A DNA stretch of 64,000 bases from Octopus bimaculoides (Eukaryota), in assembly GCF_001194135.2 (NCBI RefSeq), contig NC_068981.1, positions 71,948,068 to 72,012,067 of the forward strand, read 5' to 3'. The position numbers and the translations under genes were made by a program. Position 1 is the first letter of the stretch. Each line of letters starts with the position of its first letter. Shown here one piece after another: positions 51,046-63,338 of the stretch. The notes below the pieces were generated by a model. The model had not been told where the DNA came from and made no database searches. It saw nothing but the letters and a program-made list of their open reading frames with translations.

Positions 51046-51930
51046 CTGGTCTATCTGTGTGTGTGTGCACTTCCCTCACAAGATGGATCTGTTTATCTCA
51101 AGCTAACACCTCCTGCCTCTGCTATTATCACCCCAGCTATTTAATTGTCCACTATTTATTACATATTGCACTGACAGTCATACTTTACATTAACAATAGA
51201 TTCTAACCCCCACCCCCACCCCACGCACACAGAAAACATATTCACTGCACCCTTCTTAACCATCCCTATAAATAGCATCTTGGTATTTTCAAACTGTTTC
51301 TTATCGTTATCTACCTGAAAAAGGATTTCATTAATCTTATTAATAACAGCTCCCACTTCAATCTGGCACCTCCATTTATGTTATTTACACTTCATTCACC
51401 TTTACATTATGATTTTGTTTAAGGAATTTTCTCAAGTATTTATGTATTTATTTATAGAAATGTTAATTGTTAAACTAGTAGAAAATGTTTTACAGGCAGG
51501 TGTGGCAGTAGTGTTGCCCTACCTCATGTGTGTGGAATTCCCCTTCTATAAATAGAAGTCACACAGAGGTATCACCAGTTGACTGATGAAGTAGAAATGA
51601 GAAACTTGAGTTAGCAACACATTCAGCTTAGACCCACATTAAATGATGATGATGATGATGACGATATATACATATATACAGGCATATATATATNNNNNNN
51701 NNNNNNNNNNNNNNNNNNNNNNNNNNNNNNNNNNNNNNNNNNNNNNNNNNNNNNNNNNNNNNNNNNNNNNNNNNNNNNNNNNNNNNNNNNNNNNNNNNNN
51801 NNNNNNNNNNNNNNNNNNNNNNNNNNNNNNNNNNNNNNNNNNNNNNNNNNNNNNNNNNNNNNNNNNNNNNNNNNNNNNNNNNNNNNNNNNNNNNNNNNNN
51901 NNNNNNNNNNNNNNNNNNNNNNNNNNNNNN

Positions 51931-51977
<47 letters not shown>

Positions 51978-52486
51978 TAGATAGATAGACAGATAGATAA
52001 ATAGATGGATAGAGATATACATAGGCATACATACATATATATACATATGCACATATAAATATATATATGTATATATGTATGTATGTATATATTTATGTAG
52101 ATATACACAGACATTGATAGATACTGGACAAGTTTGTAAATAAACTTATGTGCATATGTTAACAGGCAAATAATATTTACAAATTTATCCACAAATATGC
52201 TGTCCCTGTACTCTAGTTAATTAGTTAATACACACGCATACAAACACACACACACACACACACACACACGCATACATATATACTGCATACATACTTACAT
52301 AAGCATAAGTGTGAGAAGTTCAAAGCATTTTCATTGCCCCACACCCATAACAAAATTTTAGGGGATGCACTTGCAGCTCCTGCATCCCCTGTTCCCCAGC
52401 CTATGTACATAGGTACAGGCATGGTTGTGTAGTTAAAAAGTTTGCTTTGCAGTCCTCCTGTGTATTACCTCCAGTAAGTCTTCTCA

Positions 52487-52586
52487 CTGATAGCCCAGGC
52501 TAACTGATAGCCCAGGCTAACTAATAGCCCAGGCTAACTAATAGCCCAGGCTAACTAATAGCCCAAGCTAACTAATAGCCCAGGCC
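52487..52586. repeat. 17-bp minisatellite, about 5.6 copies, inside a SINE A head
   Basis: TAGCCCAGGCTAACT(G/A)A repeats, followed by GCCTTGTGAGTGGATTT. Confidence 0.9.
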
Positions 52587-52649
52587 TTGTGAGTGGATTT
52601 TGTGAATGAGAACTGTATGAGCCTGTTGCATATCATATTTGTGAGTGGT

Positions 52650-52870
52650 AAGGCAGTAAGCTTGCAGAATCTTTAGCATGCTTGACAAAATGCTTAGCAG
52701 AATTTTCATGTTTTTACGTTCTGTGTTCAAATTCATGTTGTGGTCGACTTTGCCTTTCATCCTTTTGGAGTTTTTTAAATAAGTACCAGTGGATCACTGT
52801 GGTTGATGTAATCACCTATGTCCTTACCCCAGTATTTTAGCCTTGTACCTACAGTAGAAAGAATATTATA
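52650..52870 (+). mobile_element. SINE family B
   Basis: AAATGCTTAGC...GGTCGACTTTGCCTTTCATCC block. Confidence 0.8.
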
Positions 52871-53504
52871 TGATGTAAGTGTGTGCGGTTCTTGTGTGTG
52901 TGAGGTTATGTGTGCAAATGAACATTCCACTGCTTCATTTGAGTGAAACTGAATGATGTTTACATTCCTTGTGGGCATTATGACTTGCCCACCACACTTT
53001 TGAAAACCTTTGGAGAAAACCGAACCTTTATTTGAGACAGAGGAATGGCTTGGTAGCAGAAAAGTTTAGTTAACCTTTTTGATACAAACACACCTGAGAG
53101 TGCTACTGGTTCTATGATACAAAATTTATGTTAAACCCTTTCGCATTCAGATTACTCTGTCAACTGTAATTCTTATTTATTCATATTTTGACGAACTCAT
53201 GCATTATCTTGTAACTTAAAGATTTTGAAAAAATGATTGCTTATTCTTAGAATGGCTTTGCATAGTAAGTATAACAGGCCAGATGTGGCCAGGCTTAACA
53301 TAAAGCAAATAAATCATTTGAGCCAGATATGGTTGGTTTAAAAGTTAAAGCGTTAAAGTAATCTAAATGAAATCCTTCAACGAAATATCTAAATTATGTT
53401 CCAAACAGCAGCTTTAAAATGACCAAGTTATTTTACTAACTCTTTATTACTTTTAAAACTGACTTTAACAAACACTGTATGTCAACAAAAATAAAGTAAT
53501 ATAG

Positions 53505-53639
53505 GAGCAGGTGTGACTGTGTGGTAAGAAGCTTGCTTCTCATCACACGGTTCTGGGTTCAGTCCCACTGTATGGCACCTTGGGTTGACCAAAGCCTTGT
53601 GAGTGAATTTGGTTGATGGAAACCGAAAGAAGCTCATCG

Positions 53640-53698
<59 letters not shown>

Positions 53699-53930
53699 AG
53701 ATATATGTGTGTGTGTCTCTGTCTCTGTATTTGTCCCACACCACCACTTGACAACTGGTGTCGGTGTGCTTACATCTCTGTAACTTAGCAGTTCGACAAA
53801 AGAGACTGATAGAATAAGTACTAGGCTTCAAAAACATAGGTTCTAGGGTTGATTTCATTTGACTACAGCCCTTCAAAGTGGTGACCCAGCATGGCCAGTC
53901 AAATGACTGAAACAAATAAACAATAAAAGA
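53505..53930 (+). mobile_element. SINE family A, full length
   Basis: Head, (TA)n and tail all present. Confidence 0.88.
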
Positions 53931-53974
53931 TAAACTTTTTACACATGTATGTGTGTGTGTCTGTGTATTTTATC

Positions 53975-54450
53975 TTTTATCTTTTACTTGTTTCCATTAT
54001 TGGACTGTGGCCATGCTGGGGCACTACATTGAAGCGTTTTAGTCGAATGAATTTTCCTCAGTAATTGTTTCTTTCTAAAGCCTGGAACTTATTCTGTTGG
54101 TCTTTTCTGCTGAACCACTAGGTTATGGGACATAAACAAATCAACTCCAGTTGTCAAACACAAACACAGACATATGTAGGGTACATACATACATACATAC
54201 ATACATACATACATACAAACATACATACATACATACATACAAACATACATACATACATACATACATGTACACACACACACACACACACACATACATATGT
54301 TATTGGCTTCTTTCAGTTTCTACCTACCAGATCCACTCACAAAGCTTTGGTTGGCCCAAAGCTATAGTAGAAGATGCTTGCCCAGCTTCCACACAGTGGG
54401 ACTGAATCTGGAACCACATAGTTGGAAGCAAACTTCTTAGCCACGCTTGT
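53975..54450 (-). mobile_element. SINE family A, full length, with (TACA)n centre
   Basis: Tail-to-tail with the previous copy. Confidence 0.85.
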
Positions 54451-54479
54451 GCATATATAGATGTGTGTGTGTGTGTGTG

Positions 54480-54519
<40 letters not shown>

Positions 54520-54548
54520 CATACATATAATATATATATATATACATG

Positions 54549-54602
<54 letters not shown>

Positions 54603-55296
54603 NNNNNNNNNNNNNNNNNNNNNNNNNNNNNNNNNNNNNNNNNNNNNNNNNNNNNNNNNNNNNNNNNNNNNNNNNNNNNNNNNNNNNNNNNNNNNNNNNN
54701 NNNNNNNNNNNNNNNNNNNNNNNNNNNNNNNNNNNNNNNNNNNNNNNNNNNNNNNNNNNNNNNNNNNNNNNNNNNNNNNNNNNNNNNNNNNNNNNNNNNN
54801 NNNNNNNNNNNNNNNNNNNNNNNNNNNNNNNNNNNNNNNNNNNNNNNNNNNNNNNNNNNNNNNNNNNNNNNNNNNNNNNNNNNNNNNNNNNNNNNNNNNN
54901 NNNNNNNNNNNNNNNNNNNNNNNNNNNNNNNNNNNNNNNNNNNNNNNNNNNNNNNNNNNNNNNNNNNNNNNNNNNNNNNNNNNNNNNNNNNNNNNNNNNN
55001 NNNNNNNNNNNNNNNNNNNNNNNNNNNNNNNNNNNNNNNNNNNNNNNNNNNNNNNNNNNNNNNNNNNNNNNNNNNNNNNNNNNNNNNNNNNNNNNNNNNN
55101 NNNNNNNNNNNNNNNNNNNNNNNNNNNNNNNNNNNNNNNNNNNNNNNNNNNNNNNNNNNNNNNNNNNNNNNNNNNNNNNNNNNNNNNNNNNNNNNNNNNN
55201 NNNNNNNNNNNNNNNNNNNNNNNNNNNNNNNNNNNNNNNNNNNNNNNNNNNNNNNNNNNNNNNNNNNNNNNNNNNNNNNNNNNNNNNNNNNNNNNN

Positions 55297-55328
<32 letters not shown>

Positions 55329-55354
55329 ATGTATATATATATGTATGTGTATAT

Positions 55355-55580
55355 GTTTGCGTGTCTGTGTTTGTCTCCCCACCACCACCATCGCTTGACA
55401 ACTGATGTTGATGCGTTTACATCCCTGTAACTTAGCAGTTTGACACAAGAGACCGATAGAATAAGTACTGGGCTTACAAAGAATAATTCCTGGGGTCAAT
55501 GTGTTTGACTAAAGGCGGTGTTCCAGCATGGCCACAGTCAAATGACTGAAATGAATAACAGAATAACAGAATAAAAGAAT
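55355..55580 (+). mobile_element. SINE family A tail
   Basis: CATCGCTTGACAAC...AATGACTGAAA block. Confidence 0.85.
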
Positions 55581-55603
55581 ATATATATATATATACATAC
55601 ATA

Positions 55604-56431
55604 CAGGGTGCGATGGGTAAATTGTCACCATTTTATACATTTAATGTTGCACATGCGCATTGTTTGTTTCTGATTTTGGTGAGAACACAGTATAGCAGGG
55701 TCAGTTGGGTACTATCTGTGAGAAAAACAGCACCATGACACAATTTATTCTGCCAGAAATTTGGAAATGACATACTGTACTGCTTGGCATTCGCACCAGA
55801 AGCTCCAATATGAACATTTCAGAGTGTTTGGGTCAATCTAAGGACATGTACCAAGAGTAATAAAAATCAAACATCCAGTCTACATCATGGTATTTGGAGT
55901 GATCACTAGTGATGGTGGCATTATAACTCCATTTACCTTCCCACACGGCTTCAGACTCAACATAGAGGCCTACATCAAGTACCTGGAGGAGGTAGTGCTG
56001 CCCTGGGTGAAGAAGGTGGCTGCTGGAAAACTCTGCACCATGCTACACAAGCAGGAGGACCCAGTCATAGCTGCCAGATAATTTCTGCAACTACACTACC
56101 CCTAACATCTGGACACCTAACTCTCCAGACTGCAACCCTCTTGATTATTATGTGTGAGATACAGCTGAACGAGAGACCAGCAAAACTCCTTGTAACATCA
56201 AAGATGAAGTGAAGGCAAGGATTATGGCAGCATTCACCAACTTAAACAAGGAGACCATTCAGAAGAGTTGCAGGAGATTCCGAAGTCATCTGGAGGCTGT
56301 GATTTTATTGAATGTATTTACTCTTTAGTATTTTAAGATATTTTATGTAATTTAGGTAAATATATCTGTTAAAATGAGATGTTATTTTCATTTTTGATTA
56401 ATTTAGACAAAAGTTTTTTCACCACACCCTG
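55604..56431 (+). mobile_element. Internally deleted maT (DD37D-type) Tc1/mariner, copy 2, both TIRs
   Basis: TA-CAGGGTG...CACCCTG-TA. MVFGVITSDG..GFRLNIEAYIKYLEEVVLPWVKKVAAG, PDCNPLDYYV. Confidence 0.9.
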
Positions 56432-56561
56432 TATATATATNNNNNNNNNNNNNNNNNNNNNNNNNNNNNNNNNNNNNNNNNNNNNNNNNNNNNNNNNNNN
56501 NNNNNNNNNNNNNNNNNNNNATATATATATATATATATATATACATGCATACATATATACA

Positions 56562-57210
56562 TCCTTTTATTCTTTCACTTGTTTCAGTCATTTGACTGCG
56601 ACATTGCTGGAGCACTGCCTTTAGTTGAGCAAATTGGCCCCAGGACTTATTCTTTGTAAACCTAGTACTCATTCTATTGGTCACTTTTGCTGAACTGCTA
56701 AGTAATGGGAATGTAAACACACCAGCATCTGTTGTCAAGGGATGTTGGGGGGACAGACACAGATGACACACAAACATATACACATAAATACACACACACA
56801 CACACACACACACAATATACATACATATATATCATCATCATCATCATCGTTTAACGTCCGCGTTCCATGCTAGCATGGGTTGGACGATTTGACTGAGAAC
56901 TAGTGAAACCGGATGGCAACACCAGGCTCCAATCTAAATTTGGCAGAGTTTCTACAGCTGGATGCCCTTCCTAACGCCAACCACTCAGAGAGTGTAGTAG
57001 GTGCTTTTACGTGTCACCCGCACAAAGTGCAGTCAAGCGATACTATTTCCATCTTCCAAATCCATTCACAAGGCTTTGGTCAGCCCGAGGCTATAGTAGA
57101 AGACACTTGCCCAAGATACCACACAGTATCACTGAACCCGGGACCATGTGGTTGGTAAGCAAGCTACTTACCACACAGACACTCTTGCACCTACAGCCAC
57201 TCCTGCACCA
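56562..57210 (-). mobile_element. SINE A tail, RTE-like family C 3' end and SINE A head (nested cluster)
   Basis: Family A tail 56562-56765, family C about 56830-57030, family A head about 57045-57210. Confidence 0.8.
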
Positions 57211-57464
57211 TGCATATATATGTATATGCATCCACAAATACACATATACTCACATACACCCTAAAAAGTTTTATTCTTTTTTTTTTGTTGAAATCATTAA
57301 AAATATTAGGCATTGTGACAATGTTGTCTTTTCCTCAACACATAGGTATTCCATATAAGATTTATGATCTCATTACATTAAATATGTTAACATTAACTTA
57401 ACTATGAATTTCATCTGCATGTGATTAATTTATATGATTGATTTACTTCAGCAAACAATTTTTG

Positions 57465-57923
57465 GGGGTCACCAATTGTAGAAAATGTGATTTAGCACTT
57501 TCTGGGTGCTTCACAATTCCATACATAATTCATTGAAGGAAAAGACGAGGACAAGATCTCTCTGAATAAATAACAATAATTTATTTCTCTGAATAAATGT
57601 TCCATCTCTGGTTAATGGTAGCCATGAACACCTTGGTGAAGAAGCGGCAGGGCTGGTAGTTAGGCACCAAAGCAATAAGGCATTATTACAGACCTGTGGT
57701 GCCGCTTGCCATTAAAGGTCCCATTCTTGATGGAGCTGCTCGAAGTTGCTTCCTGCCCGGTCAGAAGCCATGATCGAAGAGAGTGAATGGTGGTGAACCC
57801 TAGCTGCTGCTGATGATTGTGCATGCGCATAAGGGGCTTCCGTCAGGTCTTCGGAAGGCTCTAATCCTTGCGTATGTGTAGATGAATGTTCCAGCATGAC
57901 GTCTAGAACTATGCACCACTACA
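57465..57923 (-). mobile_element. Probable LTR (447 bp) with tRNA-Trp primer-binding site
   Basis: TGTAG...CTACA termini (57477-57923), AATAAA about 105 nt from the 3' end, TGGTGACCCC 2 nt downstream. Confidence 0.6.
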
Positions 57924-59424
57924 TTGTAATAAATAATTCAAATTACTGCTTTGGAGAGCTAAAACACATTGTATTATAAGATTTTCTTCCCAGGTTTAAT
58001 TGCATAAAGAAAGGGTTAAATATTGTTACTTAAAAACTTGAAATCAAATCAGTTTTCTTATTAACTACAGACTATTACCTTTTTTTTTGTTAATTCATAA
58101 GCTTTGGTACACACCAAAGAAATAACAAGCATTAACAAGTTAGCAATTGTTAGTATAATGTTACAAAGCTAAATTCAGCATTTTCCATGTGTCTAAAGGT
58201 TAGCTAATAAAAACCTGGCCTGGCAAATTAATCATTGACATGAAACTACTTAATCTTTCTGAACGTATAAAAAATATTGTCATGAGATTAATGTACCATT
58301 ATGCCTGAAAGTATGTTGAAGATAAGGGCTTATCAGGATTTATTACTCCTTCAGATATCTGGAGACACTGCAAAAATATTCTGCTTTGCAGATTTAAATA
58401 AAGTTACTTTGTTTTAATTTCTCGATTTTAGTTTTAAGAATGTAGTAGACAAGCCTCCAGTCCAAGATAACAAGATTGTTTTGTTGTTGTTTTTCTTAAC
58501 AATGTATGTACAGATTAAAAGGGTTATCCAGTAGATATTTGTAGTAATTTGACCATATGTAAGTAAAAGCCGGAATAGGCTTGGTAAAAGACAATTAAAG
58601 ATCAGAAAAGTGAGACTGTAAATGATGTTGGATATTGAGAGAATGACAATAAAAGATGGGAAGAAACAAGAATATTTAACTGTAGCTAAAGTCATTCAGG
58701 TATTAATAGGAACAATGATATAATAACTAGCATTTACTTTAACCATTTGCTCAAAAACATACACAAAAAATGCTTACAGATACAGAAGAACTTATGAAAA
58801 ACGAAGTTTTTTCACCTTTCTGATAATGAGTATGTGTAACTAAAATGTCAGCAAAGCATTTAGATAATAAAACTGGGAAAGCAATTTTTACTTGTCTGAT
58901 TGGAAAAGAGAATAGAAGATAAAGTATTTTTAAAACAGTGTATGGCTAGTCTTCTTACCTGAAACAAGTACTCATTATAGGAATCATAATGTACTGTTAT
59001 GAATGTAAAAGGCTGTGTTTGCAGAAACTAAGTGGACTAGCTTAATGACAAGCAAAAATAATTAACTACCTGCAAACATAAAGAAAGTAAAATGATGAAA
59101 ATTTGTTTGCAAGCCCTCACAGTAATTACTTCAAGGAGACCACTTGAAAGATTTAGGGTTATTTAAGGAAATAGCGATAACTTTTGTTATATGCTTGAAG
59201 GCTCTGCTGTCAGGAGTTTGTAATGTTCATGAGATATTTGAAAGGCAGTGCTGATATTAAGAAAGTTTATCTAACATTAAGCTTCTCAAAAACTTGTGGC
59301 ACATCACAAATGAAAAACATGAAATTAAAAGGATTATAATCATGTTATCAAACACTAACTTTAGCTACATCCTTTTTGGCTGTTGTTCTTTTGATGATTA
59401 CTTTTTAATTAATTACCTATCCAG

Positions 59425-59540
59425 CTATATGGTTTCTGATTCAGTCACACCATGTGGCACCTTGGGTAAGTATCTCCTGCTATAGTACCGGGCCGACCGA
59501 AGCCTTGTGATTGAATTTGGTAGGCGGAAGCTACTGCCGC
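59425..59540 (+). mobile_element. SINE family A head
   Basis: GGCACCTTGGGTAAGTATCT...GAAGCCTTGTGATTGAATTTGG. Confidence 0.75.
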
Positions 59541-59578
59541 GTGTGTATATGTCTGTGCATGTGCTTGTGCCTCTCTCC

Positions 59579-59718
<140 letters not shown>

Positions 59719-59844
59719 GACAGAGTGAGAGAGAAAATCATTTATAGTAATATAACAAGGATTTCAATACAATGCTGAAATTAAATACTAAATTATTAAA
59801 TGATTATGTAAATTAGAATAAACATTGAATCCCTATAACTAAGA

Positions 59845-60055
59845 ATGGTTTCAAAATTTAGCACAAGGCCAGCAATTTCAGGATGCAGGGTTAGCCAGTT
59901 ACATCAACCTCAGTATTTGACTGGTACTTTATTTAATCAATCCTGAAAGGATAAAAGGCAAAGCTGACATTGGTAGGATTTGAACTCAGAGCCAGAAGAA
60001 ATGCTGCAAAGCATTTTGCCTGAGACTAACAAATCTACCAGCTCACTGCCTTCTT
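59845..60055 (-). mobile_element. SINE family B
   Basis: Family B body on the minus strand. Confidence 0.78.
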
Positions 60056-60149
60056 TCGACTAATAATAGGGTTAATTACTGCATGGAAGGGATATTAGAG
60101 ATTGAATTGATTTCAGTATCTCCCCCCCCCTCTCTTTCTCTCTCTCTTC

Positions 60150-60260
60150 ACGTGCCATACCTATAGTCATTGACGATCATGGGCTTCCATGTCAAAGTCT
60201 GAAGATTTGTGATTTTTCTTAAAACTACGGTTTCCCATTGCCTTCTGACAGTTTATTTAG
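60150..60260 (-). mobile_element. Possible BovB-type RTE 3' tail relic
   Basis: Minus strand GAAGGCAATGGGAAACC...GGAAGCCCATGATC resembles RTE-BovB 3' ends. Confidence 0.35.
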
Positions 60261-60624
60261 TTTACTTTGTCACCTGCACTACTGAGCTTATCCAAGAAAC
60301 ACAGGCTTATTTAATCCTTAATCTGACTTCATGTGATATCAAGGTATGTCCTTACACCAGCCCACCTCCGAGTCTTGTAAGCCTTTTAGCCACAAAACCA
60401 TGTTTTGCTACTTCATCCATAACTGAGACTCTTGGCAACACAAAGATTTTCAACCTGAGACAGAACAGTCCTGGGAGTAATGATAACTAGGAGATTTGAG
60501 CACAGAAGATAAAGAGAAGAAACCAAATATCCTTGTAATCTTTCAACTTCACTGTCATAATGTACAAACATATTTTTTTCCTTTTTGATTTCTTTTGACT
60601 AAGTACAAGATCTGCAGTAATATT

Positions 60625-61030
60625 GGTTTCAAAATTTGGCACAAGGTCAGCAATTTCTGAGAGGTGGGTAAGTCAATTACATTGACCCTAGTATTCAACT
60701 GGTACTTATTTTATCAACCCTGAAAGGATGAAAAGCAAAGTTGACCATGGCGGAGCCTGGCATGCTAATGATTCAGCTCACCGCATTAAGATCTACAGTA
60801 ATATTACTGGCTCTTAAGCAGTGAGCTGGCTGAATGGTTAGCACAATGGGCAAAATGCTAAGAGGCATTTTGCTTGTCTTTATATTCCGAGTTCAAATTC
60901 CACCAAAGTTGATTTTTCCTTTTGTCCTTTTGAGATTGATGAAAGAAGTACCAGTTGAGTACTAGGTTCGATGTAACCTATTAGGCCCCTCCCTGAAACT
61001 ACTGGTCTTGTGCCAAAATTTGAAACTAAT
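60625..61030. mobile_element. Two divergent SINE family B copies
   Basis: Minus-strand copy at 60625-60790 (internally deleted) and plus-strand copy at 60820-61030. Confidence 0.78.
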
Positions 61031-61792
61031 TTTATTGGTTGTTTATTTATTGACTATAAAGTGGGGAAATGTAAAGTAAACCTGTAGGGTTGATTTAAAC
61101 CAATATTCTACTACTTTACTGTTTTAACTGTAGGGATTGAAATACCGACTGAATATCTATTCAGTTGGGCATCACAAATGAGCCATCACAGTTTCATGTG
61201 ATTGGTTCATAATTAAACCAATCAATATGAAGCTGTGGCATGATATGGATCCTTGGATGATCTAAAATTCTACCCCTTTTCAAACTATAAAAACTGTTTG
61301 GCACCTAACTCAGTCAGACAGCCTCGGTAAACTGTTAAGACAAGACAACCTCAGTCATTCATGTAGACTGTCTTGGGTACTCACAGAATAAAGACCACTA
61401 AAACCAGGCCACCTCAGGCACTCAGACAAACCAACTTGAGCAAGAAACAACTTTGGATATTCCCACAAGATCTACCACAGCTAGCCTTCTACAAGACGTA
61501 TAGCTGCTTTTTCTTCACAGTCAGTGGTTATATTATCAGTACTTTTCTTTTGTAAACAGCCAGTGCAGTGAATCAAGTCCCGCCATAAATATGTTAAAAG
61601 TTAAATGTTTATGAATTTGCTTCATTTATTATACATGCAGCCAGCTGGAGCATATGATGATGGTCACCAACATTGCAACATACACCAATGTTGCAGCCTG
61701 GCCATAATGGTGTCCAATCTCCCTCATGACACATTACCAATTGTTAAGAAAAGAAAATGGCTTAAAAGTTCAGTTTTAGTTAGTTAGTTAGT

Positions 61793-62127
61793 TAACGGAA
61801 CAGCCTGCTTGTGAAATTAATGTGCAAGTGGCTGAGCACTCCACAGACATGTGTACCCTTAACGTAGTTCTCGGGAATATTCAGCATGACACAGTGTGAC
61901 AAGGCTGACCCTTTGAATTACAGGTACAACAGAAACAGGAAGTAAGAGTGAGAGAAAGTTGTGGTGAAAGAGTACAGCATGGTTCGCCACTATCCCCTGC
62001 CGGAGCCTCGTGGAGCTTTAGGTGTTTTTGCTCAATAAACACTCACAACGCCCGGTCTGGGAATCGAAACCATGATCCTATGACCGCGAGTCTGCTGCCC
62101 TAACCACTGGGCCATTGCGCCTCCACT
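61793..62127 (-). mobile_element. SINE family D with intact tRNA-like head
   Basis: TGGCCCAGTGG A box, GGTTTCGATTCC B box, body matching 4464-4795. Confidence 0.9.
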
Positions 62128-63102
62128 CAGTTTTAGTATGTAGCAAAGAATCCACATACTGAATTACAACACAACTTTCAAGTTATAAATAAAGTCTAGG
62201 AGATTAAACTTTGACTTTCTTCTCAGAAATTAAAGAAATTACTAATGTCAGGATGATTAACTAGCTTAATCTATAACAAAAATTAGTCAAACATAATTTT
62301 CAAAAGCAGAGTTGATATTTCAAAACTTAAAAGTTTATTTTCACTTCCAGACAGCAATTTCAGATATTAAGGTTTCTTTTTTTTCTTCTTTCCTTTTAAA
62401 AATAAATCCATGGTGAAGAAACAGACCCCCAAAATAGAAAGTGCTGTGGAAATTATCTCAAAACAAAATTTATAGGCATTAAAGTTTTTTTCCTTCTCTT
62501 GTAGTAGTATTTATAGAAGAACAAATATGAAGTAAACCCAAAACATTAAATTGTAGGCTTAGCTGTGATTATTAATAGTGATAATGCAACTTAAATTACA
62601 TTGAAACAGACAAACCTTTATTAACCAAGAAAGGCCAAAACACTGCAGTACTTCCTCATAGTAATAGTAACACAGACATGTGTAAAGGCATTCAGATGCC
62701 GGTGATTGAGAGGAAATTAGATGTAATGGAAGCAGATTCTTGTGATTATTGAATGGGTGAAAAAAAGGGTTTAGCGAGAAATAGGAAAAGAGTGAGAGAG
62801 TAAGAAAAAGAGAGAAAGAAAGAGAGAGAGAACCATGGAGTTCAAAGTTAATAATCCAGCAAGCAATAATATGGATGAAAGAAACAAAGATACAAAATTA
62901 AAATATCATTCTCCTGATAAGAAAAAGATAAAAAAGACTATTATTTGGTAATTTGTTATTTCTTATCTGCTCCAATAAATAACAAAAAGAACAGTCCTTT
63001 TATTCGCTACTGAAGGAATTAAGAAGTTTGCATGATAATGAATGAATAAAGATGAAGGCTTTTCAATTTACTGTAGTGACATGAATGTTTTTGAAACTAA
63101 AT

Positions 63103-63338
63103 CAGTGTTTCACAACCATTTTTGTCCCATGCCACACTAAAAGGAAAAAAAAAAAAGAAAAAATCACATGCTCCACCACGAATGGATAAAGTTAATATAC
63201 AGCATATACATATTCAAAAGATTAAAACTTTAACCTAAAACTTTATTGCAAGCTTTATTAATTTGTTACTTACTTACAGCCTGTTTTAAAGTCCTACACC
63301 CTACAAAAATATTGCCACACCTAACTTGAGAAATACTG
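63103..63338. mobile_element. hAT (Charlie-like) MITE
   Basis: TIRs CAGTGTTTCACAA / TTGAGAAATACTG. 8-bp flanks AACTAAAT / GACTAAAG match at 6 of 8. Confidence 0.7.

Noticed and set aside
51238-51253. TATTCACTGCACCCT matches the maT right TIR
   Set aside because: Isolated 15-mer with no associated element body.
3685-56822. Long ORF-track entries (X-runs, YIYI, CVCV, THTH, ERER, poly-D/H/M)
   Set aside because: They are N-gaps and di-, tri- or tetranucleotide repeats lacking stops, not genes.
61625-61725. Minus-strand ...GQAATLVYVAMLVTIIICSSWLHV* followed by AATAAA, like a GPI-signal terminal exon
   Set aside because: Only GAG acceptors are available and no other exons were found. RNA-seq would be needed.
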